Shown: piece after piece, positions 1-11,784 of the stretch
Layout: every line of letters starts with the position of its first letter
How positions within the stretch are numbered: the stretch's first letter is position 1
From: Kudoa neothunni
Taxonomy: Eukaryota; Animalia; Cnidaria
Reading direction: 5' to 3'
Assembly: GCA_964304625.1 (NCBI GenBank)
Contig: OZ199838.1
Location: 11,619,608-11,683,607, forward strand
DNA: 64,000 nt
Notes under the pieces: model-generated
Databases searched by the model: none
What the model was told of the DNA's origin: nothing
Seen by the model: the letters and a program-made list of their open reading frames with translations, nothing else
Made by a program: the position numbers and the translations under genes

Positions 1-2804
1 ATTCTTGAACATATCATATACGATTTTGATGATTATGAAATGATGGAAGCTATCAAACCTTCATTGGATGAAGCTTTTGTGATTCAAGATCAAAATGTGG
101 CGCTAAATTTCATTGGTTCGCGTGGTGCAGTTCCAGGAGTAACCAAGGAAAAACGTATTGCGTTCGCTAGAGAAATTCTCCAAAAAGAGCTGTTGCCCCA
201 TGTAGGTGTTGGGGAGTTTTGTGAAACAAAGAAAGCCTATTTTCTTGGATATATGGTTCATCGACTCCTTCAAGTTCATCTTGGTAGACGTTCTATCGAT
301 GATCGTGACCATTACAGCAATAAAAGATTGGATTTGGCTGGCCCACTCATGGCCTTTCTGTTTAGAGGTCTGTTTAGAAATATGGTCAAGGAGGTTAGAT
401 ACTATGCTATGAAATTTATCAACCGGGGTCGAGATTTCAATGTGTATGCTGCAGTGAAACCTAAAATTATTACTGATGGCCTTCGGTATTCGTTGGCTAC
501 TGGAAATTGGGGAGACCAGCGCAAAGCTCATCAATCTCGTGCTGGTGTATCTCAGGTGTTAAACCGTCTCACATACGCTTCCACATTGTCTCATCTTCGT
601 CGACTTAATTCCCCAATTGGTCGCGAAAGTAAACTTGCCAAACCTAGACAACTTCATAATTCACATTGGGGTATGATATGTCCTGCTGAGACTCCTGAAG
701 TATTAGATTTCTCAGAGTGGTACACATTTTAAACGAACTGTATTTGTTTAGGGTGCTGCTGTCGGTTTGGTGAAAAATCTTGCCCTCATGGCATATATTA
801 GTGTTGGTTCTGAGCCATCTCCTATTCTTGAGTTCCTCGAAGAGTGGACTATGGAGAATCTCGAAGAAGCCAATACCTCCACCATTGCAACTGCCACGAA
901 AATTTTTGTCAATGGAAGTTGGATTGGAATCCATAGAGATCCTGATAGGCTAATTGAAACCATGAAGAAATTACGTCGTAGCACCATGGACAATATCGGT
1001 TTGGAAGTGTCGATTGTGAGAGATGTCCGTGATAGAGAGATACGAATATTCACTGATGCGGGCAGAGTTTGTAGACCCATCCTAATTGTAGAAAATCAAC
1101 GACTGCTCCTTAAAAAAAGCCACATTGAAATGTTGAAACAGAAAGAGTTTGAAGGTAGCGGTGGATGGAATGAATTGGTGTCTGCCGGAGTGATCGAATA
1201 TTTGGACTGTGCTGAAGAGGAAGCTTCAATGATTGCTATGACACCCGAGAGTTTGGTCAACAGTCACTACTGTCAAACTTACACTCATTGTGAAATCCAC
1301 CCAGCTATGATTCTTGGTGTGTGTGCTTCGATCATTCCTTTCCCTGACCATAACCAATCCCCACGTAACACCTACCAATCTGCTATGGGCAAGCAGGCTA
1401 TGGGAACTTTCATCACCAATTTCCACAACAGAATGGATACACTCGCCCATGTTCTGTTCTACTCTCAAAAGCCGCTAGTGTCAACTAGATCTATGGAATT
1501 TTTAAGATTTCGAGAGCTTCCAGCCGGAATTAATGCTGTTGTGGCAATTGCAAGTTACACTGGATACAACCAAGAAGATTCTATTATTATCAATCAGTCA
1601 GCTATTGACCGTGGGTTGTTCAGATCGATTTTCTATCGAACCTACATGGACGAAGAAGACAACGCATCCTACAACCAAGTGGAATCATTTGAGCGGCCAG
1701 ATCGTAAGACAGTTCAAGGCATGCGAAATGCCATATACGACAAACTAGATGGAGATGGTTTAATTGAACCTGGAACTCGTGTTAGTGGTGATGATGTGAT
1801 TATTGGCAAGGTGTTAACAATACCATCTGGTGAAGATGTGGACCTTAACGAAAACTCATTCAAAACTATTGGGAGTGTTAAATCTTGTATCAAAAAGGAT
1901 GCTAGCACATTCTTGAGAGCAACCGAGACCGGAATAGTTGATCAAGTGATGGTCACGGTGAATCAAGCTGGAAACAAATTTACCAAAGTGAAAGTACGAT
2001 CGTTGAGAATTCCCCAAATTGGAGACAAATTTGCCAGTCGCCATGGACAAAAAGGTACCTGTGGTATCACCTACCGTCAGGAGGATATGCCATTCACCGC
2101 CGATGGCATTGTTCCAGATATAATCATAAACCCACATGCTATTCCAAGTCGTATGACAATTGGGCATCTGATTGAGTGCCTTCAAGGTAAGGTGTCAGCT
2201 CTTAAAGGAGAGATTGGTGATGCCACTCCATTCAACGATTCAGTCAACGTTCAAAATATAAGTGAACTACTCCGTGAGTACAATTATCACTCTCGTGGAA
2301 ATGAAGTTTTGTACAATGGATTCACTGGAAGAAAAATGAATTCACAAGTATTCATCGGCCCCACCTACTATCAACGTTTGAAACACATGGTGGAAGACAA
2401 AATTCATTCCAGATCAAGAGGTCCATTACAAGGCCTCACTAGACAACCTATGGAAGGTAGATCCCGTGATGGTGGTCTTCGATTCGGAGAAATGGAACGT
2501 GATTGTCAGATTGCTCATGGTGCTGCTAGCTTTTTAAATGAAAGATTGTTTCAAGCTTCTGATCTTTACGAAGTTTATGTTTGTGACAATTGTGGCTACA
2601 TTGCCATCGCCAACATGTCGCTTGGTTATATTGAGTGCAATATCTGTCAAACAAAAACTGATGTACGGTTATTTTGGATTTAACAACAAGTACGAATAAT
2701 TTTAAATTTAGATCTCCAAAATTAGAATTCCATATGCATGCAAACTACTGTTCCAGGAGTTAATGTCAATGAATATTTCTCCCAAGATAGTAGTGAAAGA
2801 TTAA
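1..2804 (+). CDS. POLR2B: RNA polymerase II second-largest subunit, 3' part (5' end outside window). Exons <1-699, 752-2662, 2712-2804
   Basis: Motifs [49 protein letters not shown] and C-terminal Zn ribbon (CDNC...CNIC). GT-AG introns 700-751 (52 nt) and 2663-2711 (49 nt) restore [17 protein letters not shown] and the C-terminus [30 protein letters not shown]. Confidence 0.98.
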
Positions 2805-4111
2805 GCTTTGTTGTATCTATGTGTATTAACCTTTTAAATTGCTTTGTTTTTTGATTTATGATGGTGTCTAAAATTTCTGTTTCTTTTGAATATAACGTTA
2901 TTTATTTCTTGCATTGATATTATTATCATTAAATATAGACTCTCTTGTTAGTTACAAAATTTTTCAATCTCCTGTTTAATTATTTTGATTCTAATAGTCG
3001 AGGATTTGGATTGTTCCTTAATTTGTCTGGTTGTCGTTAATTATTGAGATGTTGACGAGGATCAAAATTCAGTTAATACACTGAAGTATCAGTTAATTGA
3101 ATTTAATAGAAACCGTGATCATTGTTGGAGTAGTTGTATAAAAGAGTTTCTGATTTATAAAAATTTACTGGTCTATTGCGTGTGGTTCCGACGATGGTTA
3201 ATTATTTTTAGCCCCTCTCTTATAGGTGTAATAATGAGTCAAATATTGTTTTTAATATATTTATTTCAGGGTCTTTAGAAGCAATGATGTGTAGAGGAGT
3301 ATAAAAATTGTATGGGTATTCATTCTACATACCAGCTTCGCTGGGATTAAAATAATGCAGGCGCTTGAGCATAGTCTATTTGGGATTGCATTTTCACGTT
3401 ACAATGACCACAGCCATAATTTTTGAGGAGCGAATGGGAAAAATTTTAGTTAAATTATTGAAGAATCAGATATGCATTAAATTAATTAAAACTTATGATC
3501 ATTGCTCTAATAATTCTTTAAAAGAACGTGTCTATTTTAAACAAAATTTAATCCCTTGGATATAATTTTAAAGTGTAGTTATTATTGGGTCCTAATTGCG
3601 TAACAATAGGTCACAAACATATAACTTTTTTCCTTCTAGAAATATAAACTTATTCTTTAGAAATATTTCTAACTTTTACAGAAACAAAAAATTATTATTG
3701 CTTAAATAAAAAATTTGATTTAGTGCTCCACTAAAACCAGTCCTTGAAATTTACTATCTATAAATCAAGTTTTTCCTAATTCTAAAACCATCTTATTTGT
3801 ATTTGTAGTCTATAATATATATCAATTATGCAAATTTTTCTGATTAATTAAAATGTGATTATCATGTCTTAAACCGTCGGGTTAGTTTTAATAGATATAG
3901 CTTTATATTATTATACAGAAAACTTGATGAGAAAAATAATGAAAATATAAATATCAAAGTGAATATTTTAAATTTTCATTTAATTAACAACTGTTGTTTT
4001 TATTATATAAGATCTTGGATATTATAGCATTATTTATTGATTCTTACTAACAATCTAATTAAATGTCGACGAAGTGAGAATTCATAAAACAAATATAGAA
4101 AAATACAAAAA

Positions 4112-5338
4112 TTAAACAATAAACTTTTTAGCAACAAAAAAAATGCTATTATACACAGAGTTGTTCATTGAGAGCGGATCAAGAAAATAGGGGGTATAAA
4201 CATTGGTTTCTTCTTCAACTATATTCAACCCAATAGTCTTCATTACTTGCTTTATTTCTTCGTAAGACAATTCTACGGAGAGACCATCATCATCAAGACT
4301 GTATGTATAGTGCAGAGGTCCTACATTGATCCAAGTTCCGCCTGGAGTCAGAAGAAGTGTGATTTTTTCAATATAATTAATAATATTGCGAGACGTGTCA
4401 ATAAAAAACGAAGTTACAACACAATCGAAACTGTATGGCACACTATAGTGCTTAGTATTATCAGATGGGTGAACCAAGATATATACTTGATCATATCCAA
4501 AAAACTTGCTGTAATAAGATCAACATGTTCAGCATTATTTCTGACCAAATTTATGCCTGCTCTATCGGGAAATTTATATGATTTTGCGATATCTTTGATG
4601 TGCTTTCTATTGGATAACACATCCATCCATGGGCAGATCATGTAGCTTTCCCCTTGGTTGATCGCATTAATTATTTTTTGTGTCGCAATTGACATGAGAA
4701 AGTTTTTTTCGACGCCAGTCACTGTGAATCCGGCGGCAGCTATTTCAAATAACAACCTGCCAACTCCACTCCCTGGGACAAGCACTTTGACGCGACGTCG
4801 GTATTTCGTTGAATCGCCAACTAAATTGTTGCCTATTAATTAACATGGTTAGAAATGTAATATGACTTAAAGGTTTTAAACTTTCTATATCATTATTTAT
4901 GTCTTCATGTATATCTTCATTTTTTGGAGGATACATATTTTCAAATGCTCTTAGAATGCGTCCTAAAACAGTGGACATCTCATTGACACCCTCCTCAGAC
5001 CATTCCCTGGTGATTTGTCGAAGCATAACCTTAACACTTCGAAATTTCGACTGATCCGTTGGTAATAAAAGGGAAGGTTCAAACGGAAGGTCAATGTTGA
5101 AATACTCATGTGATTTGTATCCAAATTGTCTTGTTACAAATGAATTTATTCGGAGAGCCTCCTGCATGTGCTCGTATTTTTCGTGAAGGCAATTTTTAAT
5201 ATAATTTTTTTGGCGTTCCGGTATAAGATAAGTAGCTTGGTGGTATCTCAACAGTCTTTCTTCCATCATTGGCTCATAATCATGCAACGCTTTCATACAT
5301 TTTAGCAACTCCATAGTTCTATCTAAATCTAATTTCAT
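4112..5338 (-). CDS. CARNMT1: Carnosine/protein-histidine N-methyltransferase-like (N2227 family), paralog A. Exons 5338-4882, 4832-4487, 4442-4112
   Basis: Family motifs REWSEEG, VLVPGSGVGRL (SAM motif I), FDCVVTSFFIDT, GGTWINVGPLHY and ELSYEEI. Introns 4833-4881 (49 nt, phase 1) and 4443-4486 (44 nt, phase 2) join three ORF-track fragments in frame. Confidence 0.88.
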
Positions 5339-5802
5339 CTTTAATTTTATATACTTCTTTATCAGATAATTATTGGTTATAATGTGCTAAATTTAGCCTA
5401 TTTACAATTAAAATGTAAATTATAAGATTCGGATGCGCGTGCGTGGTATTGATATATTTAGGGGGTTTCGATGTTTTTTCCTGGGTGAATATGGAAAATT
5501 CCGGCGTTTTATATTGTTACAATTAAATAAACAAAAAATTTTATTTTTTAATTTAATTGTAATGATCTCCAAATATGAATAGATAATAATTTTTTATTAT
5601 AAATATTATTGTTTTTAATTCGAAGTATTACAGTTCATATATAGTACCTATATTAAGTAATTCAAATGAGATTTCTATAGTATATTAATTCAGTTGCATT
5701 TGAATGACCGAAAAAAGTACAAACGAATAACGAATCTTTCTAAAATAAAAACCTAAAAAGAAACCTAACGAAAATTCAACTAAATATTGTGTCGATGTTG
5801 GC

Positions 5803-7063
5803 TTAGAGTTTCATTGCAACAAAGAATATAGTTTCGTATTGGTTGTTGTCATTGTCGGGGGTTTGACATAGAAAATGCGCCTTAATTTTGGGTACTAATC
5901 GTTTAAGTTGAAATCCTCTATCAGCCATCAAGAGACATAGATTTCCAATGTCGATTGGCATTGATATTTCTCGTTCTTTCGTTGGATTAAATGAATCTCT
6001 GCACATAATTGGCCCCAAATTCACCCAATATCCGTAACGATGTAGAAGAAAATATATTTTATTAATGTGCTCCACAATGTTATAATTATAATCCATAAAA
6101 AAACAAGTGGCCACAACGTCGAAACAATCATTTTTTCTATTCAATGGAAAGAGTTTATATCAGTTTCACTGAAACAATCATACTTGCATTGCGAGAAAAG
6201 GCTGCCATGATACACTTCCAAAATTTCCTTCGGAGGTCTTAACAATTTCACGGCTGATTGGTCTGGAACATCGCAGTGTTCAAGATTACCACCTAAATCC
6301 ACTTGAGCTAACATGTCCTCCGCCCAAGGGTATATCTTGGCTTTAAATCCAATTTTTAATAGTTCAGTCAATTTCAGAGTAGCTACGAACATCTGTAAGT
6401 TTTCCTCTATGCCTGTGACATTGAATTCATGATAAACCAACTCATATAAAATTCTTCCAAGACGAAAATTAGGAACCAATATATTTATTTTTGATCTATA
6501 AGAACAAGGCAACGTATTCACTACAAACCCGCGATCTTTTCTCGCTAAATTAGACAAATTACTATGCATAATATCAAATTATGTCTATTTATACCAAAAA
6601 AGTAGTCTGCTGATGGACTATACAACTCACAAATGGTGCTAACAATAATATTTATACTGGAATCTCTTTCTTGTTGCCCTTCCTCGGACCATTCACGGTA
6701 AATATGTTTTAACACCGTTTTCACACCATCAAATGAATGTTCGTTGATTGATGGCAATTGATTTGGACAATAAGGGGTTTCTTTCGAAAACAGAAATTCT
6801 GCTCCAAGTGCAATCAGCTGAGTTATAACTCCATTGGACTTGATTGCAATTTTCAGTTGCGTGTATTGGGTGTTAAGAACTCTTATTGTCCTATCCTCAA
6901 GGACACCTCGAGCAGCTATGGATTGGTTTTCTAGCTGTGCCAATTTTGAAAGAGCCATGATTTCATGATCGTAGAAAGACTTAATATCTATGTGGCCAGC
7001 AATCATCCAAGTATTATCTAGGATGGTTTCGACGTTTGAAATATGAGACGGTTCCCCCGACAT
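5803..7063 (-). CDS. Divergent CARNMT1-like paralog B with degenerate SAM-binding loop. Exons 7063-6595, 6544-6184, 6136-5803
   Basis: Motifs REWSEEGQQER, ILVPNFRLGRI, FDVVATCFFMD and WVNLGP. Introns 6545-6594 (50 nt, phase 1) and 6137-6183 (47 nt, phase 2) sit at positions and phases equivalent to paralog A. The spliced frame is intact. Confidence 0.82.
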
Positions 7064-8534
7064 AGCTAAAATTTATTTTTATTATCCCCAATAAATAACC
7101 ATGGTGTACTATTATGCGCTGAGACTTTTCTAATCTATTTCCATATATACAGTTACTTGGGAGAGTATGACAATTTTAATCGTTTTTAGTGTTTTATATC
7201 GCATAAACAATAAAAACAAAATAAACACCATATAGTTATAAAGGTACTTTTTAATTCAAACCGAAGGCTCGACTGTAATAATTAATTAGAAAGAATTATT
7301 TTCATCTTTTAGATGAAATATTTGAATTAACAGGTAAATAATATTTCATACAATTTATATTTTAAATATCGTTGCGTTTTATAATAGCGTGACAATTTTA
7401 AGAGTGTCACCTTCAATTATCTAACTTCAAAAGGGATGAATATTTTGATTTATCAAATAATGAAGCTATTTTGTATTATTTAAAATGAAAAATTATAACT
7501 AAAATAACAAAAAATAAATAGTTATTTCAAATCAAAGCAAGCTAAACTGTCATAACCTTATTATATTTCCTCCTCCTCCTCGTCGTCTTCTAATAAATAA
7601 ATCAGTCCTGGATTTCGCTGCTCATACATTTATCACTTATAGGCATTTTCTTAGTGATGTCATCAAACGATGTCTTCTTTAAATTTTTCTTTTCGCCGAA
7701 TTATTTTTTTATTGTGATTATTAATTAAATTCCATAAAAAAATTATGTTTATTACCAGATGACTAAAAATTTAGTGCCAGAAAGGGGCGAATTAAATGGC
7801 GCGTGTTTTATTTTTGATAAAAATTAGCTTTTTGTCAAATTATCAAAAGATTTCACGTTATTTTCTTATAAAATATTATAAATCCATATAGTAGAAAAAT
7901 AGGAAATAATGCAAATTAAATGTATTATTATGGCAATTTGTATAATCTGTTAATAAAAATAGGTTTCTGAAATTCTTATGTAAATTTTTATGATAAAGTC
8001 TATGCATCCCAACATTTTTTGCATCCATACCCCAACGCAAACTTCCTGAGTGATTTTATATCCTTTCATCTGTGTGAAAGTCGGGGCTCAACTTTACACT
8101 CGGAATTTATTTCTTACGTATATGCGAAAAAATAAGCTCAATGAAAAACGTTCCAAAATTATATCAATAACTATTTTAATGTGTATTCTACTTTATGAAT
8201 TTCCATATGTATTTCTAAAATGCACAGATTAAAAACAAAAATTCGTTTTTAACTCAATTGGCTACGCATAACTCATGGAGAATGAATATTATCTTTTTCT
8301 GCCTCAAGACTCAATATTCTACGATTGGGACTATTATTTATCCCTTCTTAAATTTACTATTTTATGTAAAATAATAAATAATTCAAATTAGAAAATGTTG
8401 TTATAACTATTGAAAAATATTATAAACATTAAAAGATTTATATATAGGTAGAACAAAATTATTAAAATATAAATTATATTCGCGTAATTAAACTCTTTAT
8501 TTAACAATTATATTGACCCCAGAATAAATATGAC

Positions 8535-10385
8535 GTGGCTATTTGCATGGATGGGAATATCACCTTGAATACGTGAGATATTAGAAATTCGATTTCACAA
8601 GTAAAATAGGCTATATTTATCCTAAAAAATTTTATAAATATTTTTTAATAATTTAAATGGAAAATTTGTCTATTAAAACCATATTTTAATCATCTCTCAT
8701 GTATCAAAATTATACCTTTCCTGGTTTAGTAACAGTATTAAATACTAATTCAAATTATCCACCAACTCGTACGTTACAAGCTATAATGAGGCATGCGTAT
8801 CAGCTAACTTTAACACTTAATCTCAGTGGCTATAAATAGTAGAAAAAGTTGAGGCTGCCAAAATATCTCTTATTTTTTGATTAAACTATGTTTTTAACCT
8901 TCGTTTATCGGCACCTTAGTAATTTCCACATTTATGCTATTTTGCTTAGAGCAATTTTATCGATTTGTTAAAAGACTAGTTTTATTAAATTCAGCGGTCG
9001 TAAATTTGTTGAATCAATAATAAATCAAAATTTAATTTTAAAAAAATTTAATTCATTTCTTCTTGATAATTTTTTCGGTAACCCAATAGCAGACACTACT
9101 CATTTTCCTCTTCCTTATAATTTTTATTTTGGAAACTTCCTCCATAATAATATTAGATCATTAAAGTGGCAGGCGAGTATAATATTGCTGGAAAGTTTTT
9201 TTGTCACTTATAGTATCGTATAACTTTAAGTATTTGCTAACCATTATATGGTTTCTTTCAATTCTGATGGATTTCAGGTAACAGAAGAACGATATGAAGA
9301 ATTCTTGCAGAGTTGAAAATTATTTAACAACTCTTTCGATCTATCATTTGTGCGGTTGTTAAAATAATTTTCAGCATAACTTAGCCAACGATCCATTCAT
9401 TTACGATTAGTTTCCATCATTTAACAAATTAAATATCGGGATTGTAAAATCCGTGCCCATATAATTCATCACATATGGAAGAAACTTGATCGTTGCTAAT
9501 ACTACAAACTATTTCATCGAAATTTTTCATAATAGATCTCTACATCTCTGAATTTATTCTATACTTTCCTATTTTATCTTCGCGTTGGAATATTTTACAG
9601 GGATGAAACCTACATATCAAAAGGGAGCAGATTCAAATGTCATCTTAAGGCACTTTCTGAGGCATTGGTACTTATCTGTTAATATTGTTCATATTTTTGT
9701 CTTCAGCCAAGTGACAAAATCAACTAATTATTTTAATAACCATTTGATCGAATCTTCGGATTCATCATACGATACATACACTTGTTATGAGTCAAGCTAA
9801 ACGAATCTTGTATAGTCGTTACGAAGAAAGATGCGCCAGAAATAAATACAGATACATCTAGCATATTTTAATATAAGTGAAACGTGAGTTAAATAGTACA
9901 GTTCTCAAAAAGGGTATTCGCGGAAATTCACATTTTAAATTCACCGTAACAAAATGGTATAGCGTACAAAATTATTTCGCAGAATAATAAAATCTATGAA
10001 TTTTATGATACAATTTAGATCAAACAAGAATTAACGCTCAATGTAAGACAATTATTAAAATTGTGAGATCATGCGAGGCATGAGGCCAATGCACTGTGTG
10101 GGAAACGTCTAACATGACCATAATCAATTTTATTGCAGACAATAGAACTTAATTCACTAACATATTGTGTATAAGCATTTAATCATGTTATTAAATCAAG
10201 AAAGGTACGATTTTGGTACATGAAAGATGGTTAAAGTATGGTTTTAATTGACAAATTTTCCATTTAAAATTATTAAAAAATATTTATAAAATGTTTTAGG
10301 ATAAATATAGCCTATTGTATTTGTTAAATCGAATTTTTAATATTTCACATATTCCAGGAGATATTCCACCCATGCAAATAGCCAC
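8535..10385. mobile_element. Non-autonomous or decayed DNA transposon with ~210-bp inverted repeats (superfamily unresolved)
   Basis: 8535-~8745 (gtggctatttgcatgg...) aligns as the reverse complement of ~10173-10385 at roughly 85% identity by eye. There is no intact internal ORF. A short related fragment lies at ~22590-22627. Confidence 0.75.
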
Positions 10386-10493
10386 TGCTAATAAATAATT
10401 ATATTAATGCATTAACGATTCGACATAACAAATAAATTTAACTATCATTTTTTATATAAAAAACTTTCTAAGGTTTTCTAGAAGAATCAAGAA

Positions 10494-11403
10494 CAGGAAT
10501 GAGCAACATATGGCTCGCGGGTCTGATCCTATCATGTTATTTCAATTGGTAAAAGGGAACAATAGCAAGTTTACTTTGGAAATTATCTATTTTTGATAGA
10601 TAAGGGTTCTAGTTCTTCTCCAAAATATTTTAAAAGTCAGACTAATATTAATTCACCGGTTATCGTAAAGCTGTCGTATGTTTTTACAACCAGGTTTAAT
10701 ACTTTAATACATGTTTGCGTTGAATTTACAATTAGAAACGCGAATAATTATCAAGTTTAGCTAACAATATTTCGACTCTTTGAAGGAATGAAACATGAAT
10801 TAACAGAAATATACGGCATCACATAAGCTATGTAAGATAAAAAATCAAAAAATTTGTAAAAAGCAACTTTGTTATTTATATTTTTTAAAATGGCGCTAAT
10901 AATAAACAGATTAGCCCTCTTGAAGCAAAGAAATCATTTTGTCACTCACTACCTAATTAAATAATTTCTACAAAACCCCCTTTAAATATAAATCTTTTAA
11001 TTTTTTTCAAAATGACAGTTCCGAAATATTTTTTATCGCGTTCAATTGTATTTATAAAGAATTGGTAAACCGATCAAACATTTAATTCATACATAAGGCG
11101 TTTAATTTTAAATATAAGGGGTTCTCGAAAGCAAAAAATTGACAGTAGGTGCGTTTTTTATAAAGATTTGATTGAACTATATTTATTTGCATAAACTAGC
11201 CCAATGCATTTTGCTTTATTTGCCATTATATCTGCATAGCACTCAATAAATAAAATTTATATTTTTTATTAAATTTTTTTTAAAGGCAATTCAGTTTATT
11301 TAAATGTTAAATTCCTTTAAAATAATTATTTTTCAGACCCGTGACCAAAATTATTTTCGTTATAATAATTCGGCCCGCGCAGAAATATAATTGCCTACCC
11401 CTG
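10494..11403. mobile_element. hAT (Charlie/Buster-like) MITE
   Basis: Right end ...ttgcctacccctg (reverse complement CAGGGGTAGGCAA). Degenerate left end caggaatgagcaacatatggctcgcggg. Subterminal ggcccgc motifs. 8-bp target-site duplication atcaagaa / aacaagaa (7 of 8 match). Confidence 0.75.
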
Positions 11404-11784
11404 AACAAGAAGAAAATATAATGTTTATATCGTTGAAAAATTTCAATTAAATATGGCAATGATAACACAATTAACCAGTGACAAATTTCGCGAAAACGAG
11501 ATTATAATTAAAGGAAAATACGTTCCTTTTTCCCAAGGGAGAGTGATAGCAAACGTTCAACTTGTTACTAAAATTGTATGAAACCTTTGATTAACCTCCA
11601 TATATTGACATTATATGAAAAATGCATAATAATTTATAGTTAGATTATTATATTTTAAAAATCTTAATGTGTTTTCCGTTTTGATGGAGTAATTTATTCG
11701 TAAAACTACTATTTTTATCCTGGGGTCAGAAATGACCCCAAACTCATTTAAAGGTGTAATTTGTCGACTCGGTACGAGTGTTAA

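Noticed and set aside
103-2185. Several antisense and alternate-frame ORFs over RPB2 (likewise over GCLC, E2F, CWC22 and the CARNMT genes)
   Set aside because: These are shadow ORFs expected opposite or within coding exons. They show no motifs or splice logic of their own.
2940-3565. Slightly GC-richer, coding-like stretch after RPB2 (minus-strand ...YTPLHIIASK...) and ORF 3365-3565
   Set aside because: It is interrupted by stops in the frames I examined and belongs to no recognisable family, so no call can be supported.
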